Shown in pieces: positions 8,182-17,775 of a DNA stretch of 64,000 nt. The translations under genes were made by a program, and so were the position numbers. How positions within the stretch are numbered: position 1 is the stretch's first letter; every line of letters begins with the position of its first letter. Source of the DNA: a virus. The notes below the pieces were generated by a model that saw only the letters and a program-made list of their open reading frames with translations, was not told where the DNA came from and ran no database searches. The stretch is from positions 21,693-85,692 of the IMG/VR virus record IMGVR_UViG_3300032235_001069; one strand, written 5' to 3'.

Positions 8182-9138
8182 ATGAAAACATTGGTGATCG
8201 ATTCCCACAAAGGTGGACCAAAACTTTCCAATAACCTACATCTACTCAATGCAAAAACAATTTCAGATCACTTGGGCGCAGACCTCATCTGGTCGTATGA
8301 AGGAGTCAATGATAGCATTAAATCTGGCTATGACGCTATTATCTTTAATCACGCATCTCATTATTCTTTCGTGGATTATAAGTGGTTAGAAGAAAGTCCG
8401 AATGCCAAGCTTTTTTATATTACAAATGAATACAATCTGGGCGAACCTCGCGCACTTTGGATGGCTGTTAAACGTGGACGTAAGTATGATGTTATTGCAA
8501 ATCATTCTCATGAGCCAAGCAAGGTAGTAATGAAGTATGTAAACAAGTGGAATATTCTTAATCTAAATTCATTAATTTATTCGCGAGTAAAAACAGACAT
8601 ATCCAGTAAAAATGACATCATTTATCATGGCTCATTTCGGGCCGACAGAGCAAAATATTTTAGTAAGTATCTTAGCTCTGACGTTATCGTTAGTACTCAT
8701 CAGAAAAATCGTGAAAAATTCCTGAATGCAGGAGTAAAAACAGAAAAATTTATTGATCGCATTAAATGGGACAAAGATGGACTAGCTCCATATCTTTGTT
8801 CGCTTTATATTGAAGATGAGAAAACGCATACTTATTACAACCATCTAGCCAATAGATTTTACGAGTCCCTAAATTATAATGTTATACCGCTCTTCTCTGA
8901 AGAGTGCATTAATACCATTGAGCTTTCGAAGTATCCAATTACAACTGATTTAATATTTTCAAATCCTGATCAATTGAAGCAAAAGCATGATTTCGTAAAA
9001 AATAATCGAGATTATATGATTCAATTGTTGGTAAATTGGGATATTAAAGCTACACAAGAAAAGCGCAAGGCATTGGATGATATTAAATATTTAGTTTATG
9101 GACCAGAAAATTATACAGCTTCAATTAACACAAAGTGA
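8182..9138 (+). CDS. GT-B glycosyltransferase resembling T4 DNA beta-glucosyltransferase
   Basis: DIIYHGSFR (cf. T4 BGT DVIYGGSFR, recalled), SLYIED...ANRFYESL, similar length. Confidence 0.6.
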   Translation: MKTLVIDSHKGGPKLSNNLHLLNAKTISDHLGADLIWSYEGVNDSIKSGYDAIIFNHASHYSFVDYKWLEESPNAKLFYITNEYNLGEPRALWMAVKRGRKYDVIANHSHEPSKVVMKYVNKWNILNLNSLIYSRVKTDISSKNDIIYHGSFRADRAKYFSKYLSSDVIVSTHQKNREKFLNAGVKTEKFIDRIKWDKDGLAPYLCSLYIEDEKTHTYYNHLANRFYESLNYNVIPLFSEECINTIELSKYPITTDLIFSNPDQLKQKHDFVKNNRDYMIQLLVNWDIKATQEKRKALDDIKYLVYGPENYTASINTK

Positions 9139-9295
9139 ATTAGAAATCATGAAGGAAGCTTTATGGAATTATCAACTAGAGACTGATAGAAGTTCAAGAA
9201 AGCTTGCCTTTAGATATTTAAAGGGTATTGTGGAAGAATTGACCTCAAAATCACAAAGATCAAAAGATCTTGCTGAAAGAATAAAGGATTTATAA
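9098..9295 (+). CDS. Hypothetical protein
   Basis: ORF in operon. Confidence 0.5.
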   Translation: MDQKIIQLQLTQSELEIMKEALWNYQLETDRSSRKLAFRYLKGIVEELTSKSQRSKDLAERIKDL

Positions 9296-9337
9296 ATAGA
9301 AAAATCAATTTAGAAAGGCAGGGTTAATCAAATAGGC

Positions 9338-9934
9338 ATGTTCGATACAATCGCTGTGAAGGATCAACTAATTAAGCCATTAGTTGATAAAGATATTTTT
9401 GAAGCTATTCAGAAAGATGTTGAAGATAGTTTTCTATCTTTTCAAACAAAGGATTTGGAAAACTGCTTATTCTATTACAAAATAGACGAAGACAAAAAAT
9501 TAATGCAGCAAAAATATGGTTTCGTTGAAGATGAAACTGAATTTTTGGGAGGTAGATCTGAATTTCAAGAAGCTACACATGATACCCGCACAACGTATAT
9601 TGAATTTTATGATCATTTAGGATGCGTTGGTGAAGATAGTGTTTTCATTACCTTTAAGGCTCATATAGTAAAAGGTGAAATGCGGGATCTTTCTGTATTT
9701 AAAATAGAGAGAACAAATATAAAAGAACAACAAGAAGCGACCAAAAAATTTCAAGAAAGATGGAAAAAGATTCACTCAACTCCAGAATGGAAATTGCGAG
9801 ATTTTCTTAATAACATCGAATGGAAAATAAATAGATTATTTTATCCAATTAGTCGCAAATACTCTTCCTTTAAAACATTTTTAAGAGACAAAGCTGAATC
9901 AAAATTTCCAGATGAGGACATTAGTAGTCGGTGA
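9338..9934 (+). CDS. Hypothetical protein
   Basis: ORF; MFDTI...FQTKDLEN phage-type motif. Confidence 0.65.
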   Translation: MFDTIAVKDQLIKPLVDKDIFEAIQKDVEDSFLSFQTKDLENCLFYYKIDEDKKLMQQKYGFVEDETEFLGGRSEFQEATHDTRTTYIEFYDHLGCVGEDSVFITFKAHIVKGEMRDLSVFKIERTNIKEQQEATKKFQERWKKIHSTPEWKLRDFLNNIEWKINRLFYPISRKYSSFKTFLRDKAESKFPDEDISSR

Positions 9935-10640
9935 CATTCACCAAAAAATAGACAAAGTAGAAAAAATAATTTCTGATTGGGATGAAAAGATTATCTTTAT
10001 TGGAGATTACTTTGACGATTTTAATGACACTGTAGAAGATGCAAGAAGGACCGCCCAATGGCTTAAACAATCTTTGCAAAAGCCTAATAGAATTCATCTT
10101 ATGGGCAATCACGATTATAATTATCGTATCCGTCCTCCAGGCGCTTACTACTGCACTGGATTTACTCTGGAAAAGTATGAAGCAATTAATTTAGAATTAT
10201 CTATTTCTGATTGGAGAATGCTAAAATATTTCCATCATGAAAAAGACGATACAACAACTTACTGGTTCTCTCACGCTGGCATTAGCACTCATTGGTTTAA
10301 GCATCCTATATTGGGACTCACGACGGAAGTGATTGAAAAGAAAGTAAAGGAAGCTGATGAAGCTATAGAAAATAGACTTTTTGATAGTCCTCAAATTGCA
10401 TGTTTAAATGCGGTTGATATGTATAGAGGAGGAAGATGTCAAAAAGGAGGATTGCTTTGGAATCATTGGACTAATTGCGAAGTATTTGACGGAGTCACTC
10501 AAATAGTCGGACATACCACAAGAGAAGAAATTAAAATAAAAAGAGGAAAAGGATTTAGTTCAAAGTCGGTAAATATTGACACTCACTTAGCGCAAGTTTT
10601 AGTGATAGATGATGGAAATTTAATTATTAAAAATACATGA
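9912..10640 (+). CDS. Calcineurin-like metallophosphoesterase
   Basis: GDIH, GDYFD, GNHD, SHAG, GHT motifs. Confidence 0.9.
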   Translation: MRTLVVGDIHQKIDKVEKIISDWDEKIIFIGDYFDDFNDTVEDARRTAQWLKQSLQKPNRIHLMGNHDYNYRIRPPGAYYCTGFTLEKYEAINLELSISDWRMLKYFHHEKDDTTTYWFSHAGISTHWFKHPILGLTTEVIEKKVKEADEAIENRLFDSPQIACLNAVDMYRGGRCQKGGLLWNHWTNCEVFDGVTQIVGHTTREEIKIKRGKGFSSKSVNIDTHLAQVLVIDDGNLIIKNT

Positions 10641-11020
10641 GCACATATAGCCAGCACGATTATCAACATAATAAAAGTCATATTCTAGTTCCTAAAGGTT
10701 GGGGTTATGAATTATGGATAACCAATAATCATAATTACTGCGGTAAGCTATTAAAAATTATCAAAGCAAAAAAACTATCTTGGCACTATCATCTCGTTAA
10801 AGACGAAGTGATGTTTTGTCAAAGTGGAAGAGTAAAAATTACTTATGGCTGGGACAAGGATATGTCCTTAGCTGATGATATCATTTTAGAAAAAGGCGAA
10901 AGCTTTCATATTCCTAGAGAACTTGTTCATAGAATTGAAGCGATTGAAGATTCTGAGATCTTCGAATTCTCTACAACTCATCACGACGAAGATAGTTATA
11001 GGGTAATTAAAGGCGATTAA
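10637..11020 (+). CDS. Cupin (mannose-6-phosphate isomerase-like)
   Basis: KGWGYE, SWHYH..KDE, HRIEA, EFST. Confidence 0.8.
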   Translation: MSTYSQHDYQHNKSHILVPKGWGYELWITNNHNYCGKLLKIIKAKKLSWHYHLVKDEVMFCQSGRVKITYGWDKDMSLADDIILEKGESFHIPRELVHRIEAIEDSEIFEFSTTHHDEDSYRVIKGD

Positions 11021-11021
11021 T

Positions 11022-11282
11022 ATGATTTTATCATTAATTACTAATTTACTAAAATTAGCATTAGCATATTTCGAACTAAAAAACAAATCTTTTTATTATG
11101 ATATACTCGAAAAATCCAGAGCCAAATGTAATCAGCTCGCAGAAGACATTGAAAAACTTCGCACCGAAGGCACTCAGTCTTCTACTGATCGCGCTGACGT
11201 TCTCTTCATGCGTCTCAAGTCCGAACAAAAATATTCCGAACATCTTTCAGCCCAATATTCTAAGGTTGAAGCAGGGAACTGA
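11022..11282 (+). CDS. Putative i-spanin (Rz-like)
   Basis: N-terminal hydrophobic helix plus coiled coil; overlaps a lipoprotein gene in the +1 frame. Confidence 0.55.
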   Translation: MILSLITNLLKLALAYFELKNKSFYYDILEKSRAKCNQLAEDIEKLRTEGTQSSTDRADVLFMRLKSEQKYSEHLSAQYSKVEAGN

Positions 11283-11382
11283 GTTAATTACTGTAGATGG
11301 TCGATACATTGCTCAATCTGATGAGGTTTGGCATAGCGATGCGCGTTATAGAAAATTAGAAAGAGAATCATTATATAAATGA
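11149..11382 (+). CDS. Putative o-spanin lipoprotein (Rz1-like)
   Basis: TTG start, MKNFAPKALSLLLIALTFSS-C lipobox; overlapping architecture. Confidence 0.6.
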   Translation: MKNFAPKALSLLLIALTFSSCVSSPNKNIPNIFQPNILRLKQGTELITVDGRYIAQSDEVWHSDARYRKLERESLYK

Positions 11383-12083
11383 AAGTAGATTTAATTGATT
11401 GGATGGGTAGTGACTTGACAGTTGCGAATGCAGCTAGAGTCAGTTTTGACAAACAGTCAGAATGGGAAGTAACTGGATACGAAACGCAATTAGTTGCTGA
11501 TAGAGCTTACGCAGAATATCCAATAAACAAGTTAAAAAATGCAGATGAAAAATTAATTAAGTTTTTAGCGAAGCATAATCATTGGACTCCATTTGGTCAC
11601 TGCATGCTTCAGTTTAGAATCAAGGCTCCAATTTTTGTTGCCCGTCAATTAGGAAAGCATCAAGTTGGTCTTGTATGGAATGAAATTTCTCGTCGTTATG
11701 TAGACAGTGAACCAGAATTTTATTTTCCAGAAAAGTGGAGAAAAAAGAATCCAGACAAAAAACAAGGAAGTTACGAAGATCAATTTGTAGAATTAGATTT
11801 TTCCGAAAAACTATCTACTAAAACTATAATTAATATGGTCAAAGATCATTATAATTTTCTATTGAATTCTGGAGTATGTGCAGAACAAGCTAGAATGATT
11901 CTACCTCAAAACATGTATACAGAATGGTATTGGAGTGGATCTTTGTATGCGTTCGCTCGCATTTGTGGATTGAGACTTAAGCCAGACACTCAGAAAGAAA
12001 CAAGAGATATTGCAAACATGATTAATGATTTAGTGGCAGAAAAATTCCCAGTTTCATGGAAAGCTCTTACGTGTAAAGAGTAG
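11379..12083 (+). CDS. thyX: Flavin-dependent thymidylate synthase
   Basis: NAARVSF, HWTPF, ARQLGKHQ...NEISRRYV, EQARMILP. Confidence 0.95.
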   Translation: MKVDLIDWMGSDLTVANAARVSFDKQSEWEVTGYETQLVADRAYAEYPINKLKNADEKLIKFLAKHNHWTPFGHCMLQFRIKAPIFVARQLGKHQVGLVWNEISRRYVDSEPEFYFPEKWRKKNPDKKQGSYEDQFVELDFSEKLSTKTIINMVKDHYNFLLNSGVCAEQARMILPQNMYTEWYWSGSLYAFARICGLRLKPDTQKETRDIANMINDLVAEKFPVSWKALTCKE

Positions 12084-12084
12084 T

Positions 12085-12288
12085 ATGAAAGCAATAGTAT
12101 GGCTATCTCAACACAGTGATCAAATTATTGAAGCTCTTACAGCAATTGTAACTGGAGCATCAGCATTAGCCGCCTTAACGCCAACTCCCAAAGACGATAC
12201 CTTTTTAGGAAAAGCTTATAAAATCATAGATTGGTTAGCATTAAATGTAGGCAAAGCTAAAGAAACAGGAAAAGAAGAAAAAAAATAA
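12085..12288 (+). CDS. Small membrane protein, holin-like
   Basis: 'ASALAALTPTPKDD...LALNVGKAK'; GTGTAA upstream. Confidence 0.55.
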   Translation: MKAIVWLSQHSDQIIEALTAIVTGASALAALTPTPKDDTFLGKAYKIIDWLALNVGKAKETGKEEKK

Positions 12289-12305
12289 TATTAAATATTC
12301 ATGCG

Positions 12306-12336
12306 ACCCCGATTCGAAAGAATCGGGGTTTTTTTT
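12306..12336 (+). terminator. Rho-independent terminator
   Basis: ACCCCGATTC-GAAA-GAATCGGGGT plus T-run. Confidence 0.9.
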
Positions 12337-12351
12337 GTGTAATTTAATTTG

Positions 12352-12942
12352 ATGAAGAAAATAATATTCATTGCTTCAATTTACTTTTTAATTCTAGCGG
12401 CGAAAGTTATTTGTAGCGAAGACGAATCATTTTCAATACGTAGGGCATACATTGATGTCATTGGAGTAGTTCCAACTGCAGAAGAAATTGATTGGTATTG
12501 CGTATATAACAAAAATAGCTATGAAATGGCAGTAGATTGGTTGTTAAAACATCCTAATTACAGTTGGAATGATATAAGCAAACAAGACGCAAGAAAAATT
12601 CTTCTTTCAAGTGAGTATAAAAACTTTAGAAAAATGCCATTATCAAAAGATAAATTAAATAAAATTATACTTTATCTCGCTGGAAGCTCTGAAGAGATTA
12701 CGGACGAATCTATTAAAAAAGCTTCAATCAAATTCATTAAAGATGCCAGAATGAGTTCAGATAATGATATGGAAGCAATTGATCATATTACATATAGATT
12801 AATGTCAAGAGTGACCAACATAGAAGAAGCGAACTATTTATCAAAATTTCTTAAAGAAAAATTAAAAATAAAATCAGAAGAAGAAGCTTGGATAGATTTA
12901 TTTGATCAAATTTTACACCTTCAGGATGTAAGGAATAGATAA
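12352..12942 (+). CDS. Secreted protein with DUF1549/DUF1553-like segments
   Basis: Signal peptide; IRRAYIDVIGVVPTAEEI...AVDWLL; C-terminal LMSR....EE...EAWIDLFDQIL. Confidence 0.55.
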   Translation: MKKIIFIASIYFLILAAKVICSEDESFSIRRAYIDVIGVVPTAEEIDWYCVYNKNSYEMAVDWLLKHPNYSWNDISKQDARKILLSSEYKNFRKMPLSKDKLNKIILYLAGSSEEITDESIKKASIKFIKDARMSSDNDMEAIDHITYRLMSRVTNIEEANYLSKFLKEKLKIKSEEEAWIDLFDQILHLQDVRNR

Positions 12943-12943
12943 T

Positions 12944-13426
12944 ATGAGCCTTATAGAACAGCTTTATGACGACGAATCAGTTAAATTAATTCGTTCAATT
13001 TATAAAGACGATCCTTCTTCAAGAGATATTTTGTTTCAATCATTTGGACAAAAAATTATAGAAAAACAAGAAACTTTCATTAATTCAAAGCCATTAGATA
13101 TATTAAGTTTGATATGCATGACAGCATCTTTTGCGGATTCAAAAGAAGAATGTCAAGAAGTCGCAATGATATTTTTTAATAGATTAAAAGATGAAAATCC
13201 ACTTCCATATATAACGGATGATCATGGATTTCTACTTGCTCAAAAAACTCTAGTCGCACTATCTCTTTACCATAAAGCAATGGAAAAAAGATGGAAATAT
13301 CATGGTGCGCCATCTCCAGACTATTATAGAAGAGTATCGAAACTTGTTTTTGAAAAAAATGGCAAAAATTCTATTGCAAATCATCATGAAATGTGGGAGA
13401 ATTTTTTCTCTGAAATATTTTTATGA
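12944..13426 (+). CDS. Hypothetical protein
   Basis: ORF in operon. Confidence 0.65.
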   Translation: MSLIEQLYDDESVKLIRSIYKDDPSSRDILFQSFGQKIIEKQETFINSKPLDILSLICMTASFADSKEECQEVAMIFFNRLKDENPLPYITDDHGFLLAQKTLVALSLYHKAMEKRWKYHGAPSPDYYRRVSKLVFEKNGKNSIANHHEMWENFFSEIFL

Positions 13427-13884
13427 TTTTTAAAAAGGGTATTGCTACAATATCAGTCGAAAAAGAAGGAGATTTTGTAAAAAAAGTATTTCAAACGCAG
13501 AACAAATATAAAAAAGAAAGAGATTTTTATCTTTTTACTGGACATTTATTGGATTTTGTGCCGAAACTTCATAAATTTGAAGATAAAACCAAAACAATCT
13601 GGACTGAATATTGCGGTCAATCTTTAAATTTAAAATATATATCCAAAGATCGCTACAAATTTAAACCAGAAATAAGAAAAATGGTTAAGCTTTTAAGTGA
13701 TTTAAACTTATATCACAACGACATAAGATGGAAAAATATTGTAGAAAATGATAGTGGTCAGCTTTTTTTGATTGACTTTGAGGTCATTTCAAATGAGAAT
13801 AGGGAAAGAGATCCAGAAAATATCCTTACAGAAAAATATGAAAAAAGTACCAACAATTCACGAACTAAGAAAAGCGGGCTATAA
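13423..13884 (+). CDS. Minimal protein-kinase-like (RIO/APH-type) protein
   Basis: VKK...E, HNDIRWKNI catalytic loop, LIDFE. Confidence 0.75.
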   Translation: MIFKKGIATISVEKEGDFVKKVFQTQNKYKKERDFYLFTGHLLDFVPKLHKFEDKTKTIWTEYCGQSLNLKYISKDRYKFKPEIRKMVKLLSDLNLYHNDIRWKNIVENDSGQLFLIDFEVISNENRERDPENILTEKYEKSTNNSRTKKSGL

Positions 13885-14224
13885 AGTAAGAGTGACTCAC
13901 ATCAGAAAATTCTTTCGTTTTGATCCTCAGACTGGTAAAAAGCGTACATTTTGGGCAGCTTTTCATGCTAAAAAGCATGCTCCTCTTGCAAAGCCAGAAG
14001 ATATTAAAGAGTGCGAAGAATTCTTTATTGATTGTAAGGGTGGAGAAACCGTAATTGATCTAACTTCTCCAGATGGCAAGATGACTACAAAGGGAACTTC
14101 AATCTGCTCTGAAGATGATGCATATGTTAAGAGAAAAGGTATTAGAAGAGCATTGGGCCATGCAGTAAGCGCAATGGATAAACAAAAAGACGTTTACTTC
14201 TCTTTAAGGAAGATCTTTTCTTAA
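13838..14224 (+). CDS. Hypothetical protein
   Basis: KGGET...G.SICS.DD.YVKRKG...ALG phage motif; start moved to 13838. Confidence 0.65.
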   Translation: MKKVPTIHELRKAGYKVRVTHIRKFFRFDPQTGKKRTFWAAFHAKKHAPLAKPEDIKECEEFFIDCKGGETVIDLTSPDGKMTTKGTSICSEDDAYVKRKGIRRALGHAVSAMDKQKDVYFSLRKIFS

Positions 14225-14380
14225 GATGAAGGTTTTTTGTTTATTTTTCTATTATTTAGGCGATATATGCTCTCGATTGGGCGCATATGATTTATATGAT
14301 TTTTTTATGAGATTATCTATAGACATCTCAGATAAAAATGACTTAAATATATGGAAAATTGTTGACAAGAGTGACAAAGA

Positions 14381-15220
14381 TTAATCTTTGTTTAAATATT
14401 TAAAAAAATAACCCTTTACTGAAGATTTTCTTTCTTTAGACAAACTTCTTGAAATTATTGAACTGTCAACTTTAAGTTCTCTCGCGGCAGTAGCTATTGA
14501 ACTATAAATAATTCCATCAGATCTTTGTATAGATTGTCCTTTGTTAAATTTTGCTTTTGATAGATTTTTAATATGCTCTTGTGTAAATTTTTTATCAATT
14601 TTTCCTAAAGAAATTTTATCTTTAGTTTGTTGAGTTCTTGTTTTACCTAAATTTTTATTTTTTCGATAAACTACATTTAAGTATTTTTCCTTAAAAAAGG
14701 AAAAGCAAAAATCTTTTTTTAAAAACCATAATCTATCTTGAGATTTTGACATTTTTTTAAAAGTAGAAGTGTATTGAGGATGGAAACCTTCTTCTATTGG
14801 TTGGGAAGAAAAATCATAATGCTTAACTTCTCCAGTAATTAAATTGTACGAAATAATTTTTTTTCTGTTATTACTTTTGCATCCCTTATTATGAGGCTGC
14901 TTTTTATACCAATAATGATTTTTGCCATATAAAACAGCATGAGCGTCTGGTCTTGAATTAAATCCATTTTTATATGCATTTAAAAAATTTATCCAATACT
15001 GCTCTCTTTCAATTAAATTTTCTTTTATATCTTCTTCTAAAATTATGAAACTAAAATTATTTTCGCCATACTTAATCCAAGACCTTTGCAACTTTTTTGA
15101 ATGATGCTTTCCCCTTTTTAAATCATTTAAATGCCTACTCTTTCTTTTTTGAAAATTATTTGTAGATCCTACATACATTTTCATTGACAATATACACTTT
15201 ATTGCGTAAATTAAACCCAT
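14381..15220 (-). CDS. GIY-YIG homing endonuclease with NUMOD DNA-binding repeats
   Basis: GLIY...YVGS...R...H, EQYWI, GFN; NUMOD3-like 'TKDKIS', 'HIKNLS'; C-terminal HTH. Confidence 0.9.
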   Translation of the reverse strand: MGLIYAIKCILSMKMYVGSTNNFQKRKSRHLNDLKRGKHHSKKLQRSWIKYGENNFSFIILEEDIKENLIEREQYWINFLNAYKNGFNSRPDAHAVLYGKNHYWYKKQPHNKGCKSNNRKKIISYNLITGEVKHYDFSSQPIEEGFHPQYTSTFKKMSKSQDRLWFLKKDFCFSFFKEKYLNVVYRKNKNLGKTRTQQTKDKISLGKIDKKFTQEHIKNLSKAKFNKGQSIQRSDGIIYSSIATAARELKVDSSIISRSLSKERKSSVKGYFFKYLNKD

Positions 15221-15254
15221 ATTAGTTCTTACACTCAAAATTAATCTTATTGTC

Positions 15255-15773
15255 ATGAATATATTTGTATTAGATTCTTGTCCCAAAAAAGCAGCAGAGT
15301 ATAATTGCGACAAACATTTATCAAAAATTGTCGTAGAAATTTCTCAAATGGCCGCCAATTGTTTCGATGTCAATATACTTAAATCTGCTCCACCTAATAT
15401 GCTTGGCCAACCTCGCAAGCATTCTTATTTCAATCATCCTGTATCTAAGTGGATGCGGGAAACAATCGGCAACCTTCTTTGGTCTATCGACCATGCTTTC
15501 GCTCTTGAGCGGGAGCGTATTTATCGCGGATACAATCCACACTTTTCAATACGGTTTATCAATTGGGTTGCTGAGAACTTTGACAAGTCAGTAGTTCCAT
15601 ATGGCGATCAAACAGAATTTGCTGTAGCTATTGCGCCTACAATGCAATGCCGTCAACATCCGTCATTCAATGACGCAAATTCAGTTGACAAATATCGTTT
15701 GTATTATCAATATGATAAACCTTTTGTCACTTGGACAAAACGCAACAAACCTGACTGGTTCACAATCTTATAA
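15255..15773 (+). CDS. Pyrimidine-dimer DNA glycosylase (DenV-related) family protein
   Basis: MNIFVLD....AA...CDKH..K...E..Q, NHP..KW, YRLYY..DK, W.KR..PDW. Confidence 0.75.
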   Translation: MNIFVLDSCPKKAAEYNCDKHLSKIVVEISQMAANCFDVNILKSAPPNMLGQPRKHSYFNHPVSKWMRETIGNLLWSIDHAFALERERIYRGYNPHFSIRFINWVAENFDKSVVPYGDQTEFAVAIAPTMQCRQHPSFNDANSVDKYRLYYQYDKPFVTWTKRNKPDWFTIL

Positions 15774-15774
15774 T

Positions 15775-16209
15775 ATGAAAAAAATAGTAATCGCAACTGG
15801 TGGATTCGATCCAATTCATTCTGGTCATATCGCTTATTTGAATGAAGCGAAAAAACTAGGTGATTTTTTGGTGGTTGGACTCAATAGTGATGAATGGTTA
15901 AAAAGAAAAAAAGGTAAGTTTTTCTTGTCATTAAATGAAAGATATTGTATTTTGTCCAATTTGAAAATGGTAGATTTTGCAATAAATTTTGACGACTCCG
16001 ACAATTCTGCTAAAAATGCAATTATAAAAATTAGATCAGCTTACCCTGACGATAAAATTATTTTTGCAAATGGAGGAGATAGAACATCCGAAAACATTCC
16101 TGAAATGTCATTAAATGACGATAATCTAGAATTTGTTTTTGGAGTTGGAGGAAATTTTAAAATGAATTCAAGTTCTTGGATCTTAAACAAATGGAATGAA
16201 AAAAATTAA
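15775..16209 (+). CDS. Cytidylyltransferase-like (RfaE/TagD family)
   Basis: TGGFDPIHSGH, VGLNSD, FANGGDR, K.NSSS. Confidence 0.85.
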   Translation: MKKIVIATGGFDPIHSGHIAYLNEAKKLGDFLVVGLNSDEWLKRKKGKFFLSLNERYCILSNLKMVDFAINFDDSDNSAKNAIIKIRSAYPDDKIIFANGGDRTSENIPEMSLNDDNLEFVFGVGGNFKMNSSSWILNKWNEKN

Positions 16210-16251
16210 ATTTTGAATTGATTTTTTTGTAATTCCAATTATTCTTTTCAA

Positions 16252-16515
16252 ATGCGCGAAAACATTATAGAAATTTCAAAAGATAAATTTGATGAGTTCT
16301 TTAAAGAAATTTATCCCAAGCATCACAATATTGAAAGTCAAAATGTTAGCGAGATCCATCGACTATCGGCATTTGAAAAAAATTACGTAAACCAAATTTT
16401 TGAATTAAATTATGGTTTTAATTATGCTGGAATTTCAATAGATAGATCAAATTATAATTTACTCTTAGTTGACAAAAAGTTATTTTCAGTAGCAAGAATC
16501 AAATACGGTATATGA
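16252..16515 (+). CDS. Small protein, 'KYGI' C-terminal motif family
   Basis: Ends LVDKKLFSVARIKYGI. Confidence 0.65.
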   Translation: MRENIIEISKDKFDEFFKEIYPKHHNIESQNVSEIHRLSAFEKNYVNQIFELNYGFNYAGISIDRSNYNLLLVDKKLFSVARIKYGI

Positions 16516-16931
16516 TAAAATACATTATATTAACTTCGCTACTGTTGTCACCACCTAAAGCTGAAGGTGGTGTTCGCATTCAAAGCTTGGAGATCAATCA
16601 GCAAAAGATTATTAGCAATAATCTTGGAATTCTGCAGCCAAGTTTAATTATTTCTTTAAATGTTGGTGATTCAATTAAATTCTATTTTCCAGATGGAACT
16701 TTTGAAACTGGAATAGTAAAATCAAGAAAGGAAGAAAAAGATTGCATCAGAGTATTTGGTTGCATCTTAAATAAAAAAGATTCTGGTTTTGGTTTTGGCT
16801 TAACCCCAAATGCTTTTGGGGGCGCTCTCGTTTATAGAGATACGGAAAAAAATAAAATTTACGAAGCAAAATTTGACGACTTGCTAGGTGGATTTATTTT
16901 TCGTTTAAAAGTGCCAAGCGTTGAACTTTAA
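16512..16931 (+). CDS. Hypothetical secreted protein
   Basis: N-terminal signal-like segment, beta-rich body. Confidence 0.6.
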   Translation: MIKYIILTSLLLSPPKAEGGVRIQSLEINQQKIISNNLGILQPSLIISLNVGDSIKFYFPDGTFETGIVKSRKEEKDCIRVFGCILNKKDSGFGFGLTPNAFGGALVYRDTEKNKIYEAKFDDLLGGFIFRLKVPSVEL

Positions 16932-17224
16932 TGATGGAAGTCAAAATTGATTCTCTTGTTTATCAAGATTTTGTCTATCATTGGATAAAAAAAGTTAAAA
17001 AAAAGAATCCAGATAGATTGCCAGAAGATAAGTTGGATTTACTCTACGTAGACTTTGACAGAGTAAATGGCTTAAAACACAAAGAAAGACTTTATACCAA
17101 TAAATATTCTCCAGAAGATATTTTTGAAATTGTTGATAATGGAAAATATTTATTTTTCAAATTGAAAAACAACCTTGACAGTTCCGAGTTTGATGATAGT
17201 ATCGAGGAAATCTATGAAAACTAA
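16931..17224 (+). CDS. Small protein related to the 'KYGI' family
   Basis: FEIVDNGKYLFFKLKNNL. Confidence 0.55.
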   Translation: MMEVKIDSLVYQDFVYHWIKKVKKKNPDRLPEDKLDLLYVDFDRVNGLKHKERLYTNKYSPEDIFEIVDNGKYLFFKLKNNLDSSEFDDSIEEIYEN

Positions 17225-17768
17225 ATGCCTAAACGAAGAAGAAATTGCAGTTTTATTCACAGAATATTTTTGCGAACTTAAAAAATATGTTTTAAATTTT
17301 ACTAGTTGTGTTGATTTTGCTGAAGATTCAGCGCAATTGAGCTTCATGAAGCTTTGTAAAAGCAAGCCATTTTTTGAAGATCAAGAATCCGCAAAACATT
17401 GGCTGAAAAAAGTTGCAAGAAATTCCCTTTTTACTTTGCATAAAAAGAATAAGAAATATATCTTTATTGATCCTCAAGAAAGTAATTCTGAAATTCAAAA
17501 TCTTGAACCAATGCTTGATATTGTCAGCGGCTTTGAAAGCCTAGCTTCTTCAGAAGAAGAAGTTTCATGCAAAACAACTTTAGTTAGTTTAATGAACAAG
17601 CTAACCAAAAAACAAAAGGAAGTTTTGCGACTTAGATATTTTGAAAATCTTACTTACGAACAAATTGCACAAAAAACAAAAAATAAAGTTACAAATGTCG
17701 GCTTTCTCCTTAATGAAGGAAAAAGAAATTTAAGAAAATTCTGGGATAGTTACGCAAAAGCTCACTAA
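17214..17768 (+). CDS. ECF-type RNA polymerase sigma factor
   Basis: Region 2 'AEDSAQLSFMKL...WL.KVARN'; region 4 'LTKKQKEVLRLRYFENLTYEQIA'. Confidence 0.9.
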   Translation: MKTKCLNEEEIAVLFTEYFCELKKYVLNFTSCVDFAEDSAQLSFMKLCKSKPFFEDQESAKHWLKKVARNSLFTLHKKNKKYIFIDPQESNSEIQNLEPMLDIVSGFESLASSEEEVSCKTTLVSLMNKLTKKQKEVLRLRYFENLTYEQIAQKTKNKVTNVGFLLNEGKRNLRKFWDSYAKAH

Positions 17769-17775
17769 TTATATT

